Notes under the pieces: generated by a model
What the model was told of the DNA's origin: nothing
Databases searched by the model: none
The model's input: only the letters and a program-made list of their open reading frames with translations
Part shown: positions 55,511-64,000 of the stretch, in pieces
Position numbering within the stretch: position 1 is the stretch's first letter
Layout: each line of letters begins with the position of its first letter
Translations under genes and position numbers: made by a program
DNA from: Alphaproteobacteria bacterium GM7ARS4
Lineage (GTDB): Bacteria > Pseudomonadota > Alphaproteobacteria > GM7ARS4
Direction of reading: 5' to 3'
Length of the DNA: 64,000 bases
Assembly (NCBI GenBank): GCA_014332745.1
Contig: JACONL010000003.1
Location: forward strand, 38,207 to 102,206

Positions 55511-55824
55511 AGCATTTTTTTATATCGATGTTCTTGTTCGCCATTGATATGGGCGCGTAGGTAGGATGAGGGGCGTAGGCTGACGACACGCCGTGCGGCA
55601 ATCATGGCCTTTTCTTGCGTTTTGGGATTGCGTCCCGTCCGTTCTTTTTTATGGAGGATTCGAAATGTACCGAAGGAGGATATTTTCACATGCTGTCCTT
55701 TTTGTAGATGGCACGCCATGACGTCGAACATATCATAGACAAAAGAGAGGGCGGCTTTGCGGGGCATGCAAAATTTCTCTTCCAATTGGGCAGCTATGCC
55801 CGCCCGAGTCAAAGATTTTTTCAT
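55507..55824 (-). CDS. ihfA: Integration host factor subunit alpha
   Basis: 105 aa with SSFGTFRILHKKERTGRNPKTQEKAMIAARRVVSLRPS. Confidence 0.9.
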   Translation of the reverse strand: MKKSLTRAGIAAQLEEKFCMPRKAALSFVYDMFDVMACHLQKGQHVKISSFGTFRILHKKERTGRNPKTQEKAMIAARRVVSLRPSSYLRAHINGEQEHRYKKML

Positions 55825-55918
55825 GAGAATCCTCTATCGTTTTGCCTCTATCACCTTGCATGTGCGCCCATGTGGAACAGGGCAAGCATAGCCGATAGCG
55901 TCCATCGAGGGAAGTGTA

Positions 55919-56704
55919 TTATGACGTGTGTCTATAGCCAAGATGTTGTCCTCCGTCGACGGCGATGGTTTGTCCTGTGACGGAGGAGGCTTCTGTGAGG
56001 AATTGGGCGGCGTGGCATATATCTTTGAGGTCTCCTCCTTGTTGTAGGGGCATGGCGAGGCACTGGCGACGAAATGCCTCGTCGGTTTGGGTTGAGTCGG
56101 GCATGACGGGGCCCGGCGCGATGGCGTTGACGCGCACATGGGGTGCTAACGCCAGTGCTGCCGTGTGGGTCAAGGTATGGAGAGCAGATTTACTGAGCGT
56201 GTAGCTCATGAAGTAGGGCGTAGGATTGAGGACTCTTTGGTCTGTGATATTGATGACGCATGATGGTGTGTGGCGAGGGCGATGTATGTGGAAGGAGCGT
56301 ATGAGCTGCATGGGGGCATGGAGATTGACAAGGATATTCTCATGCCAATGGTCGGGCTGTTCTTTCCGTAAGCTATCTTTTAAGAAGACGGAGGCGTTAT
56401 TGATAAGGCATTGAGGCGCTGTTCCCATGCGTTTTATGATGTTCGGGATGAGGGTGGAACGCTCACCTGTTGTGCGAAAATCGGCAAAAAACACGAGGGC
56501 GATACCTCCTTTCTGTGCTAATTGGCGGGAGAGCGTCTGTATATCGTCATTGTCTTGGCGCGCATGGAGTGCTAATTGCCAGTGGGGAGAAAAAAATCTG
56601 GCCAGTGTCGCGCCGATACGTCGTGATGCGCCGGTGATGACCATGAGGGGTTTATCTTTCTGTGTGTGTTGTGTTGTCACGGGATGGGCGTTTTTGTGTA
56701 TCAC
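55919..56704 (-). CDS. Short-chain dehydrogenase/reductase (SDR) family oxidoreductase
   Basis: 261 aa with the cofactor motif ITGASRRIGATLA and the YxxxK region YTLSK. Confidence 0.8.
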   Translation of the reverse strand: MIHKNAHPVTTQHTQKDKPLMVITGASRRIGATLARFFSPHWQLALHARQDNDDIQTLSRQLAQKGGIALVFFADFRTTGERSTLIPNIIKRMGTAPQCLINNASVFLKDSLRKEQPDHWHENILVNLHAPMQLIRSFHIHRPRHTPSCVINITDQRVLNPTPYFMSYTLSKSALHTLTHTAALALAPHVRVNAIAPGPVMPDSTQTDEAFRRQCLAMPLQQGGDLKDICHAAQFLTEASSVTGQTIAVDGGQHLGYRHTS

Positions 56705-58773
56705 GCTGTTGTTTTTGCCTGTGTTTTGGCGAGGGGCATGATGTCTTCATGCTCTAATTGCCTGAGCGTATCGCGTAGGAGGGCGGCGCGTTCGAAGTCT
56801 AGGTTGTCAGCGGCGTCAAGCATCTCTTTTTTCAGGCGCTCTCTTTCTTCGCGTGTCTCTTTTCTGTCGTGTGCGGGACGATGTTGTCCGTTCTCTGTTC
56901 TTGTGGTGGCGTGGGTTGGCTGTTCTGTATCGATGGTGAGGTAATCTTTATCAAAGGGCGTATAGGCATCGTTATGCATGGTTTTGACAATGGTTTGTGG
57001 CGTGATATTGTGCTCTTTATTGAAGGCTTCTTGTTTTTCTCGACGCCTTGTACTTTCCGAGATGGCGTATTGCATGCTTGCCGTGATGGTATCGGCATAG
57101 AGGATAGCGCGTCCTTCTATGTTGCGCGCGGCGCGTCCTATGGTTTGTATGAGTGACGTTTTTGAGCGTAGAAAGCCTTGTTTATCGGCATCGAGGATGG
57201 CGACGAGGGCGCATTCTGGAATATCGAGCCCTTCGCGTAGTAAGTTAATGCCCACAAGGACATCGATTGTTCCTTGTCGTAGTTGGCGTATGATGTCGAT
57301 ACGTTCGAGGGTATCAATATCGGAGTGCATATAGCGGACTTTTATATCCAGTTCGAGCAGATAGTCGCTGAGCATTTCAGCCATACGTTTGGTGAGGGTT
57401 GTGACGAGGACACGTTGTCCTTTCTTGATGACGGCGCGACATTCTTTGATGAGGTCATCGACTTGATGGTCGGCAGGGCGGACGATACAGGGAGGGTCAG
57501 CGAGTCCTGTGGGGCGAACGATTTGTTCTATGACAGCGCCTTGCGTGCGCTCTAACTCCCAAGAGCCCGGTGTTGCCGAGACGAAAATCGTTTGCGGGCG
57601 CATGGCGTCCCATTCTTCGAAGGTCAGCGGGCGATTATCGACACATGACGGCAAGCGAAATCCGTATTGTGCCAGTGTGGATTTACGTTTGTAATCCCCT
57701 CGATACATCCCGCCTAATTGTGGCACGGTGACGTGGGATTCGTCGATAACAAGCAAGGCATTGTCTGGAAGATATTCAAACAAGGTTGGCGGTGGCTTGC
57801 CCGGCGCGCGCCCTGTCAGGTGGCGTGAGTAGTTCTCGATGCCTTGACAACTTCCTGTGGCGGCCATCATCTCTAAGTCGAATTGGGTGCGTTGTTCTAT
57901 ACGTTGTGCTTCCAATAATTTATTCTCTTGGAGAAAACGCTTTTTCTGTTCAAGGAGTTCTTGGCGTATGGATGTCATGGCTCTCGTCAGGGCGGGTTTT
58001 GTCGTGACATAGTGGCTATTGCTGTAGATGTGAATATGGTCTCTGTGGGCTGAGAGAGCCCCTGTGAGGGGGTCGAATTCACTGATTGTCTCTATGACAT
58101 CGTCATCGAAGGCGATACGCCATGCTTTATCCTCGTAATGGGAGGGAAAGAGCTCGATATTGTCGCCTCGCACGCGAAATGTGCCGCGGTGGAAATGGGT
58201 ATCGTTGCGTTTGTAGTGCAGTGCTACAATGTGACGCAAGAGTGTCGTTTGCTCCCATGTTTGTCCTTTGCGCAGAGAGATTGTCATACGGCCATAGGTG
58301 TCCTTATCACCAATGCCGTAGATACAGGAGACGCTGGCGACGACGATGACGTCTTTGCGTTCCAGAAGGGCGCGCGTGGCGGCGTGGCGCATGCGGTCGA
58401 TATGTTCGTTGGTGGTGGATTCTTTTTCGATATAGAGGTCTCGTCCGGGGACATAGGCTTCAGGTTGATAGTAGTCGTAATAGGAGACAAAATAATTGAC
58501 AGCATTATGGGGAAAAAAGCCTCTCATTTCTTCGAACAGCTGGGCGGCGAGTGTCTTATTGGGGGCAATGATAAGGGTAGGACGTTGGAGTTTCTCTATC
58601 GTATGGGCGATGGTGAACGTCTTGCCAGAGCCTGTGACACCCAAGAGGACAAGGTTTTTTTCATGCTGGGCAATGGCGTGGGTCAGCTGGGCGCAAGCCG
58701 ATGGTTGGTCTCCTGCCAGTGAAAAGTCGGAGACTAAGCGAAAGGGTTTCTCTGTTGGTGATGATGTGACCAT
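56701..58773 (-). CDS. uvrB: Excinuclease ABC subunit B
   Basis: 690 aa with GVTGSGKT, helicase motifs and a C-terminal UVR domain (LDFERAALLRD). Confidence 0.95.
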   Translation of the reverse strand: MVTSSPTEKPFRLVSDFSLAGDQPSACAQLTHAIAQHEKNLVLLGVTGSGKTFTIAHTIEKLQRPTLIIAPNKTLAAQLFEEMRGFFPHNAVNYFVSYYDYYQPEAYVPGRDLYIEKESTTNEHIDRMRHAATRALLERKDVIVVASVSCIYGIGDKDTYGRMTISLRKGQTWEQTTLLRHIVALHYKRNDTHFHRGTFRVRGDNIELFPSHYEDKAWRIAFDDDVIETISEFDPLTGALSAHRDHIHIYSNSHYVTTKPALTRAMTSIRQELLEQKKRFLQENKLLEAQRIEQRTQFDLEMMAATGSCQGIENYSRHLTGRAPGKPPPTLFEYLPDNALLVIDESHVTVPQLGGMYRGDYKRKSTLAQYGFRLPSCVDNRPLTFEEWDAMRPQTIFVSATPGSWELERTQGAVIEQIVRPTGLADPPCIVRPADHQVDDLIKECRAVIKKGQRVLVTTLTKRMAEMLSDYLLELDIKVRYMHSDIDTLERIDIIRQLRQGTIDVLVGINLLREGLDIPECALVAILDADKQGFLRSKTSLIQTIGRAARNIEGRAILYADTITASMQYAISESTRRREKQEAFNKEHNITPQTIVKTMHNDAYTPFDKDYLTIDTEQPTHATTRTENGQHRPAHDRKETREERERLKKEMLDAADNLDFERAALLRDTLRQLEHEDIMPLAKTQAKTTA

Positions 58774-58797
58774 GAAATGGAGCTTTTTTAGTGTTGC

Positions 58798-60051
58798 TTG
58801 GGACTACTATACTATAGACTATGGGGGGTGCATAACGATAAGAGACGTATCTCCATGTCATCGATTCTTTCCAAGCGGATGGCCCATATCAAGCCGTCAC
58901 CGACTCTTGCCGTGACGAAAAAGGCGGCATCCATGGCAGCACAAGGTGCTCATGTGATCAGTTTGGGCGCTGGCGAGCCAGACTTTCCCACCCCCGACAG
59001 TGTCAAAGAGGCAGGCATCGATGCCATACGTAGCGATATGACACGTTATACGGCAGTGGCTGGCACGGCTGAATTAAAAGAGGCGATACGCCATAAATTC
59101 AAGCGCGACAATAATCTGACATATACCGATGATGAAGTCATCGTCGGCGTTGGTGGCAAGCAAGTTTTGTATAATGCCTTTATGGCAACGTTGGATGTAG
59201 GCGACGAGGTCATCATTCCCGCGCCTTACTGGGTCTCCTATCCCGATATGGTGAAATTGGCGGGTGGCACGCCTGTCATTGTGTCATGTGGTGAAGAGCA
59301 GGGTTTCAAGCTCTCTCCCGCCATGGTGCGTCAAGCCATGACAGAGCGGACGAAATGGCTGGTGCTCAATTCACCGGGCAATCCGAGCGGCGCCGTCTAT
59401 AGTCGGCAAGAGTTGCAGGCTCTTGCCAACGTTTTAAAAGATGCTCCCCATGTTTGGGTGATGAGCGATGATATGTATGAGCATATCGTCTATGCGTCCG
59501 ATGTTTTTGCGACGATGGCGTCCGTTGACCCCGCCATGAAGCCACGTGTTTTGACTGTCAATGGTGTCTCGAAAGCCTATTCGATGACGGGATGGCGCAT
59601 TGGCTTTGCTGGTGGTGATCGTCATGTGATCGGGGCGATGGCGAAGATTCAGTCTCAGAGCACGTCTAATCCCTGTTCCATTAGTCAGCATGCGGCGGCT
59701 CAGGCGCTCTTAGGTGAGCAACATTTTCTTGTCGAACGGAACGAGCGTTTTCGTGAGAGGCGTGACTATGTTGTGAATTTTTTGAATGATGTGGAGGGAC
59801 TATCATGTCGTATGCCTGAGGGGGCGTTCTATGTGTTTGTGTGCTGTCGTCCTCTTTTAGGCAAGGGAGGGATAAAGAGCGATATCGATTTTGCTGACTA
59901 TATTTTATCGGAGGAGAAAGTCGCGCTGGTTGCTGGCACGGCCTTTGGTTGTGAGGGATATTTTCGCGTGTCCTATGCCACCTCTCTCGAGTTGCTCCAA
60001 GAGGCGTGTCGTCGTATCAAGCGCGCTTGCGAGCGTTTACGTAAAGCGTGA
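58798..60051 (+). CDS. Class I/II pyridoxal-phosphate-dependent aminotransferase (aspartate aminotransferase-like)
   Basis: 417 aa as listed; the probable start is MSSILSKRM (58852). Motifs are SLGAGEPDFPTP and the SKAYSMTGWRIG PLP-Lys region. Confidence 0.85.
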   Translation: MGLLYYRLWGVHNDKRRISMSSILSKRMAHIKPSPTLAVTKKAASMAAQGAHVISLGAGEPDFPTPDSVKEAGIDAIRSDMTRYTAVAGTAELKEAIRHKFKRDNNLTYTDDEVIVGVGGKQVLYNAFMATLDVGDEVIIPAPYWVSYPDMVKLAGGTPVIVSCGEEQGFKLSPAMVRQAMTERTKWLVLNSPGNPSGAVYSRQELQALANVLKDAPHVWVMSDDMYEHIVYASDVFATMASVDPAMKPRVLTVNGVSKAYSMTGWRIGFAGGDRHVIGAMAKIQSQSTSNPCSISQHAAAQALLGEQHFLVERNERFRERRDYVVNFLNDVEGLSCRMPEGAFYVFVCCRPLLGKGGIKSDIDFADYILSEEKVALVAGTAFGCEGYFRVSYATSLELLQEACRRIKRACERLRKA

Positions 60052-60907
60052 CGACACCATATTGTATGGCACTGGTGAGGGCGATCACAGCAGCGGCGTT
60101 GAGCGAGGTGATGACGGCGATGGTGTAGCCACAGAAGACGGCAAGCAGTGATAGAAGAATGGCAAGCACCATTTGTGGGATAAGGCGCATAGAGAGGAGC
60201 GATGCCGTGAGGATAGGACAGGTGAGAAGTGTGATAATAAGGACCGCCCCGACAGCCTGAAAGGCAGACACAAGTGTCAGAGCGAGAATAAAGGCAAAAC
60301 CATAGCGAAGAAACGGCGCGTTATAGCCGATGCTTTTGGCATAGTCCTCATCGAAGCACAGGAGAGCCAACTCCTTACGAAAAGTGAAGACGAAGGACGC
60401 CACACACAGAAAAGAGAACGCAAGAAAACGTATGGGGAGAGAGAGCATGTCAGTCCATCGGGCAAGAGTCATACCTGTCCCTTCCATCCATGTTGGGGCG
60501 ATGATGGCCGACAGATTGCCAAAGAGCGCATGTTGAATATCGATGTGGAGACCACTGAGGTCGAGACGTTCTAACAAGGTGACACCTAAGGCGAACATGC
60601 TTGTTAAGATGATCGCCATAAGACTATGGGTGGAGAGGGGGGTGATGTGGTCGAGCCATGTGATAAGCCAAACGGTGATAAGGGCTGCTATCAGTGCGCC
60701 AGTGACCATCATAGGAGGGGACACCATGTGCGTGATGGCAAAGCTGATAACAATCCCCGGCAGGACGCTATGGGAGAGCGCGTCGCCCATCAACAGCACG
60801 CGTCTATAGTGCAAGATAGCACCGACCATGCTCGCACTCATCCCACAGAGGCTGGCGGCAAGCAAGGCGGGCATATCGATGGCAAGAAAAGAGTGAAGGG
60901 ATGTCAT
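60017..60907 (-). CDS. Metal ABC transporter permease (ABC-3 family; SitD/MntD-like)
   Basis: 296 aa, polytopic, fourth gene of the SBP-ATPase-permease-permease operon. Confidence 0.8.
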   Translation of the reverse strand: MTSLHSFLAIDMPALLAASLCGMSASMVGAILHYRRVLLMGDALSHSVLPGIVISFAITHMVSPPMMVTGALIAALITVWLITWLDHITPLSTHSLMAIILTSMFALGVTLLERLDLSGLHIDIQHALFGNLSAIIAPTWMEGTGMTLARWTDMLSLPIRFLAFSFLCVASFVFTFRKELALLCFDEDYAKSIGYNAPFLRYGFAFILALTLVSAFQAVGAVLIITLLTCPILTASLLSMRLIPQMVLAILLSLLAVFCGYTIAVITSLNAAAVIALTSAIQYGVVTLYVNARKRA

Positions 60908-60910
60908 GGC

Positions 60911-61834
60911 TTATGTCGTTTTATAGCGGTGATACAAGAGAGCGAGGAAGAACTGGCTTGTGAGGATAAGGACGATCAGCGCGCCGCTAGGCCAATGGGG
61001 ATAGAGATAAGAGAGACTTCCTCCCACAAGGCATGCGCTGCTTCCTAACAGCATAGAGACAATAAGCAATTGGCGAAAAGAACGGGTGACGAGCCATGCG
61101 CTGGCGGCAGGCGTGATGAGGAGGGCGATCAAGAGAATAAGTCCTATGGTTTGTAGTCCTATGACGGTGGCAAGAAGGATAAGGGTGAGGATCATTGTCT
61201 GTCCCCAGCCACGGTCTATATGGTGGGCGTGGCAGAAATCCTCATCGAAACAAAAGGCAAAGAGCTCTTTTTTCCATACAAGGAGGAGAACAGAGAGGGC
61301 GATGGCGAGAAGTGATGTCGTGAGCGCTTCATCCAATGTCATGGTTGCTACAGAGCCCAAGAGGAATCGGTCCAGTCCCGCCTGTCCAGCGATGGGAAGG
61401 GTCTGAATATAGCTCAGGAGAACAACGCCGAGGGGAAAGAAGACACTGATTATTGTAGCGATGGCGGCATCTGTGCTGAGTTCATGATGGTGGTTGAGCC
61501 ATGTCATCAGCCCGATAGCACAGAGGCTTGACCATGTCGCGCCTATGAGGAGCCATAGATAAGGCGCGGAATGGGCTTGTGCGGGAAAGACAACGGCAAA
61601 GAGGATAAAGGCACAGGCAATGCCGGGCAATGTGGCGTGGGCGAGGGCGTCGCTGAGCATGGCTTGTTTTCTCATCAAGGCAAGGACGCCGATCATGCCT
61701 AATGTTGCGCCGCTGAGGGCTGTCGTGATAAGGACGAGGAGGGCATTATAGTGATGTTGGATAAAGGTCGATAACATCGATGATGTCGTCCCTATGTGGG
61801 CAGATAGGCTTTTTGTAACGTAGCGGGTGTGCAA
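60911..61834 (-). CDS. Metal ABC transporter permease (ABC-3 family; SitC/MntC-like)
   Basis: 307 aa, polytopic, a paralog of the downstream permease. Confidence 0.8.
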   Translation of the reverse strand: MHTRYVTKSLSAHIGTTSSMLSTFIQHHYNALLVLITTALSGATLGMIGVLALMRKQAMLSDALAHATLPGIACAFILFAVVFPAQAHSAPYLWLLIGATWSSLCAIGLMTWLNHHHELSTDAAIATIISVFFPLGVVLLSYIQTLPIAGQAGLDRFLLGSVATMTLDEALTTSLLAIALSVLLLVWKKELFAFCFDEDFCHAHHIDRGWGQTMILTLILLATVIGLQTIGLILLIALLITPAASAWLVTRSFRQLLIVSMLLGSSACLVGGSLSYLYPHWPSGALIVLILTSQFFLALLYHRYKTT

Positions 61835-62613
61835 ATCTCTTGTGTCTTGCCTGAGGCGATGATGGTCTTATTGAGGAGCATGACATAGGGGAAATGTTTC
61901 TTGACGGCGTCGAGATGGTGATGGACGCAAAAAATGGCTACATGCTTGTCGATAAGGGAGTCCATGACGTCGAGGATAATTTTTTCACCTTGGGCGTCGA
62001 TGGCAGAGAACGGTTCGTCCATGAGATAGAGACGCGCTTTGGAGGCGAGGGCGCGGGCGATGAAGAGCCTCTGACGTTGCCCGCCAGAGAGATGTTTGAG
62101 AGGTGTGTGATGATGTTCTTGTAGCTGGACTTGTTTCAGATAGTGCATGGCTTCTTGTCGATGATGTTCTTTGATAGGACGTCCAAAGCCGATACGTGGA
62201 TACATGCCCATCAAGGCGACATCGAGGACATGGGCTGGAAATGACCAATCGACGCTATGCTGTTGTGGCACATAGGCGCACATGGGGGGACATACAGGGG
62301 TATTGTCAGCGCGATGTTTTTGTAGATGATAAGGGCGTCTCTTCATGGTATGGGATGGCATCGATGCTTGGGCGATGGTGTCTCCGTTGAGGAGGATACG
62401 TCCCGCACATAAGGGGGTAAGCCCGAGGATGGCTTTGAGGAGTGTCGATTTTCCCGCCCCATTAGGCCCTATAATTGCCACACTTCCTTTCTTAGGCCAT
62501 GGCGAATGATACGAGACATCTTGCAAGGCATGAGATGTGCTGTGATGGTAGGAGACAGAGACATGCTGTAACACGAGCCGTGGCTGGTCATGGGTGGCCC
62601 CGTCTATGGTCAT
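61792..62613 (-). CDS. Metal ABC transporter ATP-binding protein (SitB/ZnuC-like)
   Basis: 273 aa with GPNGAGKSTLLKAILGL, LSGGQRQR and LYLMDEP. Confidence 0.85.
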   Translation of the reverse strand: MTIDGATHDQPRLVLQHVSVSYHHSTSHALQDVSYHSPWPKKGSVAIIGPNGAGKSTLLKAILGLTPLCAGRILLNGDTIAQASMPSHTMKRRPYHLQKHRADNTPVCPPMCAYVPQQHSVDWSFPAHVLDVALMGMYPRIGFGRPIKEHHRQEAMHYLKQVQLQEHHHTPLKHLSGGQRQRLFIARALASKARLYLMDEPFSAIDAQGEKIILDVMDSLIDKHVAIFCVHHHLDAVKKHFPYVMLLNKTIIASGKTQEICTPATLQKAYLPT

Positions 62614-63587
62614 GGAAGAGGAGGCTTCGGGATGGTTTGAACAAGATGTGTGCTGTTGAGGGCTTTGCTTATGGTCACGACATTATGGAGCATCATGCCG
62701 TTGAACGTGCCTTCAGGTGAGGCGGGATGTCCCATGGAGTCGGCGAAGAGTTTTCCTCCTTGCTGTAGTGGATAGTCGCGCATTCTTGCTCCTTCTATCA
62801 GCGCGTTTATATGGCGGGGACTGACGGACGCTTCGGCAAATATGGCGGGGACACGCTTCTCTATGATGAGGTCTATCAAGGAAGCTATGCGTTGCAAGCC
62901 TGCCTCCGATTCCGTGCTCATGCCTTGAATGCCTTCGACTCGCATGCCATAGCGTCTGCCAAAATAGCCAAAGGCATCATGGGCTGTGATGAGAATACGG
63001 GCGTTGTGGGGGATGGTGCTGATAAGGGTATGAATCTGCTGGTCTAGCACTGCCAACCGTTGTTGAAACATGGTGAGACGTTGGCGATAGGTAGGCGCAT
63101 GGAGGGGAGCATGGTCGATGATGGCGTCTATGCTTGTCCCTATCACGTTTGACCAGAGGACGGGGTCCATCCATATATGGGGGTCGGCGCTCTTGCCTTT
63201 GGCATTGAGGCGTTCCTCTTCTGGCACAAAGTCCATGAGGGTGAGGATGAGCTTTTGGGTTTTTTCTAAAGCGCGTATGGGACGTGCGAGTTGTGCTTCT
63301 AGGTCAGCGCCCGTCCATAGGATCACATCGGCCGCCATGAGAGTCGCCATATCGTCGCGCCTTGGGCGGTACAGATGGGGGTCTGTCCCCTCCCCCATGA
63401 GGGTCGTCACATGGGCTGTGTCGCCTAAAATATCCTGCATGGCTGTGCCGATAAAGGCTGTGCTTGCGACAACACGCATCTTCTGAGACGAGAAGGCCAT
63501 GTCTGTCATCAGCCCCAGCATGAGCATGCTCGAGGCAAGGTTCAGAAAGAACGTGCGGAGAGACGTTGTGTCTTGTTGTCTATGCAT
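62610..63587 (-). CDS. Periplasmic metal-binding protein (TroA/ZnuA/SitA family)
   Basis: 325 aa with a signal peptide and cluster-9 SBP features (DPHLY, DPHIWMDP, ITAHDAFGYF). Confidence 0.8.
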   Translation of the reverse strand: MHRQQDTTSLRTFFLNLASSMLMLGLMTDMAFSSQKMRVVASTAFIGTAMQDILGDTAHVTTLMGEGTDPHLYRPRRDDMATLMAADVILWTGADLEAQLARPIRALEKTQKLILTLMDFVPEEERLNAKGKSADPHIWMDPVLWSNVIGTSIDAIIDHAPLHAPTYRQRLTMFQQRLAVLDQQIHTLISTIPHNARILITAHDAFGYFGRRYGMRVEGIQGMSTESEAGLQRIASLIDLIIEKRVPAIFAEASVSPRHINALIEGARMRDYPLQQGGKLFADSMGHPASPEGTFNGMMLHNVVTISKALNSTHLVQTIPKPPLP

Positions 63588-63612
63588 GGCGTACTATCAT
63601 TTCTCCTTTGCT

Positions 63613-63650
63613 AGCCTGTGTCAGCTTGTGTCAGCTTGTGTCAGCCTGCC
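63613..63650. repeat. 10-bp tandem repeat (about 3.8 copies) in the predicted 5' UTR of the metal-uptake operon
   Basis: agcctgtgtc / agcttgtgtc / agcttgtgtc / agcctgcc. On the coding strand this reads CTGACACAAG x3, just upstream of the AAGGAG RBS. Confidence 0.85.
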
Positions 63651-63696
63651 TTTAAAATCCCATCCCGCGCCACCCGCCCCTATCCCTTATGGCTGT

Positions 63697-63748
63697 ATTA
63701 TAGGGGATATGACTCCTTATTGCAAATGAAACTTAATAAGATTAGCAA
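63697..63748 (-). promoter_or_regulatory. Candidate promoter with an overlapping Fur/Mur-type operator for the metal-uptake operon
   Basis: The minus strand reads ATTGCTAAT-N13-ATTTGCAAT (inverted repeat, 8/9 match). TTGCAA (63725-63720) serves as the -35, followed by a 17-nt spacer and a perfect TATAAT (63702-63697). Confidence 0.5.
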
Positions 63749-63764
63749 TATGGTGCGAAAAAAA

Positions 63765-64000
63765 CTAGAGGAAGTCCTTCAGTTGGCGTCCATTTCTGGG
63801 GATGTTAATGGCGCGACCAGAGGGGTAAGGGTTTGACTCGGCATAATCATTGATAAGGACACGTTGTCCGTGGGGCAATCCCATGAGGAGGCGATGATAG
63901 GGGATGTTGTGTTTCTTCAGTTCTTTTTCTGTGGTGGCACGCGCCCATTCAGGGCGACTCGTTGTGAGGACGATGTAGTAGCGTCCCTCTTCATAGCGTT
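63765..64000 (-). CDS. C-terminal fragment of a HAD-like phosphatase-type protein (5' end outside the window)
   Basis: Not in the track because it is truncated at the edge. Hand translation gives ..RYYIVLTTSRPEWARATTEKELKKHNIPYHRLLMGLPHGQRVLINDYAESNPYPSGRAINIPRNGRQLKDFL*, with the stop at 63765-63767. The family assignment is weak. Confidence 0.35.
   Translation of the reverse strand, partial: RYEEGRYYIVLTTSRPEWARATTEKELKKHNIPYHRLLMGLPHGQRVLINDYAESNPYPSGRAINIPRNGRQLKDFL

Noticed and set aside
63613-63650. CRISPR array (also considered for 44971-45006 and 28307-28333)
   Set aside because: The units are 10-14 bp, directly abutting with no spacers, and no cas genes are in the window.
63618-63836. 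72-aa plus-strand ORF
   Set aside because: It spans the sit promoter/operator region and runs antisense into the 3' end of the edge-truncated minus-strand gene. It has no RBS or motif.

Overview
A 64-kb chromosomal segment, probably alphaproteobacterial. That assignment is an inference from gene content and synteny: rpmH-rnpA-yidD-yidC-engB-argB-dapD, rpoH, rbfA-truB-rpsO-pnp, ihfA-merR, hpf-ptsN, tgt-queA and xoxFGJ. I can support about 60 protein genes and 4 tRNAs, plus one candidate sRNA and several short repeats and operator-like sites. Most of the window is ordinary housekeeping. It also carries a lanthanide-type methanol dehydrogenase cluster (xoxFGJ) and a sitABCD-like Mn/Fe/Zn ABC importer. 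The main finding is an AT-richer four-gene operon on the minus strand (5014-9984), lying between tRNA-Pro/tRNA-Ser and tRNA-Leu. It encodes a 74-aa protein, a 676-aa DndD/SMC-like ABC ATPase with a CxC hook, a 180-aa protein with an acidic repeat tail, and a 718-aa HKD(PLD)-nuclease fused to an SF2 helicase. No methyltransferase, phosphorothioation genes or integrase accompany it, and I cannot match the gene set to any named defence system, so I treat it as a candidate uncharacterised defence system. The second finding is a gene of more than 1550 codons at the left edge (1-4664, minus strand). It is missing from the ORF track because it runs off the window. It encodes a highly cysteine-rich repeat protein fused to a subtilase-like domain whose catalytic Asp and Ser appear to be substituted. 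All calls come from reading the sequence and the ORF translations by eye; no searches were run.
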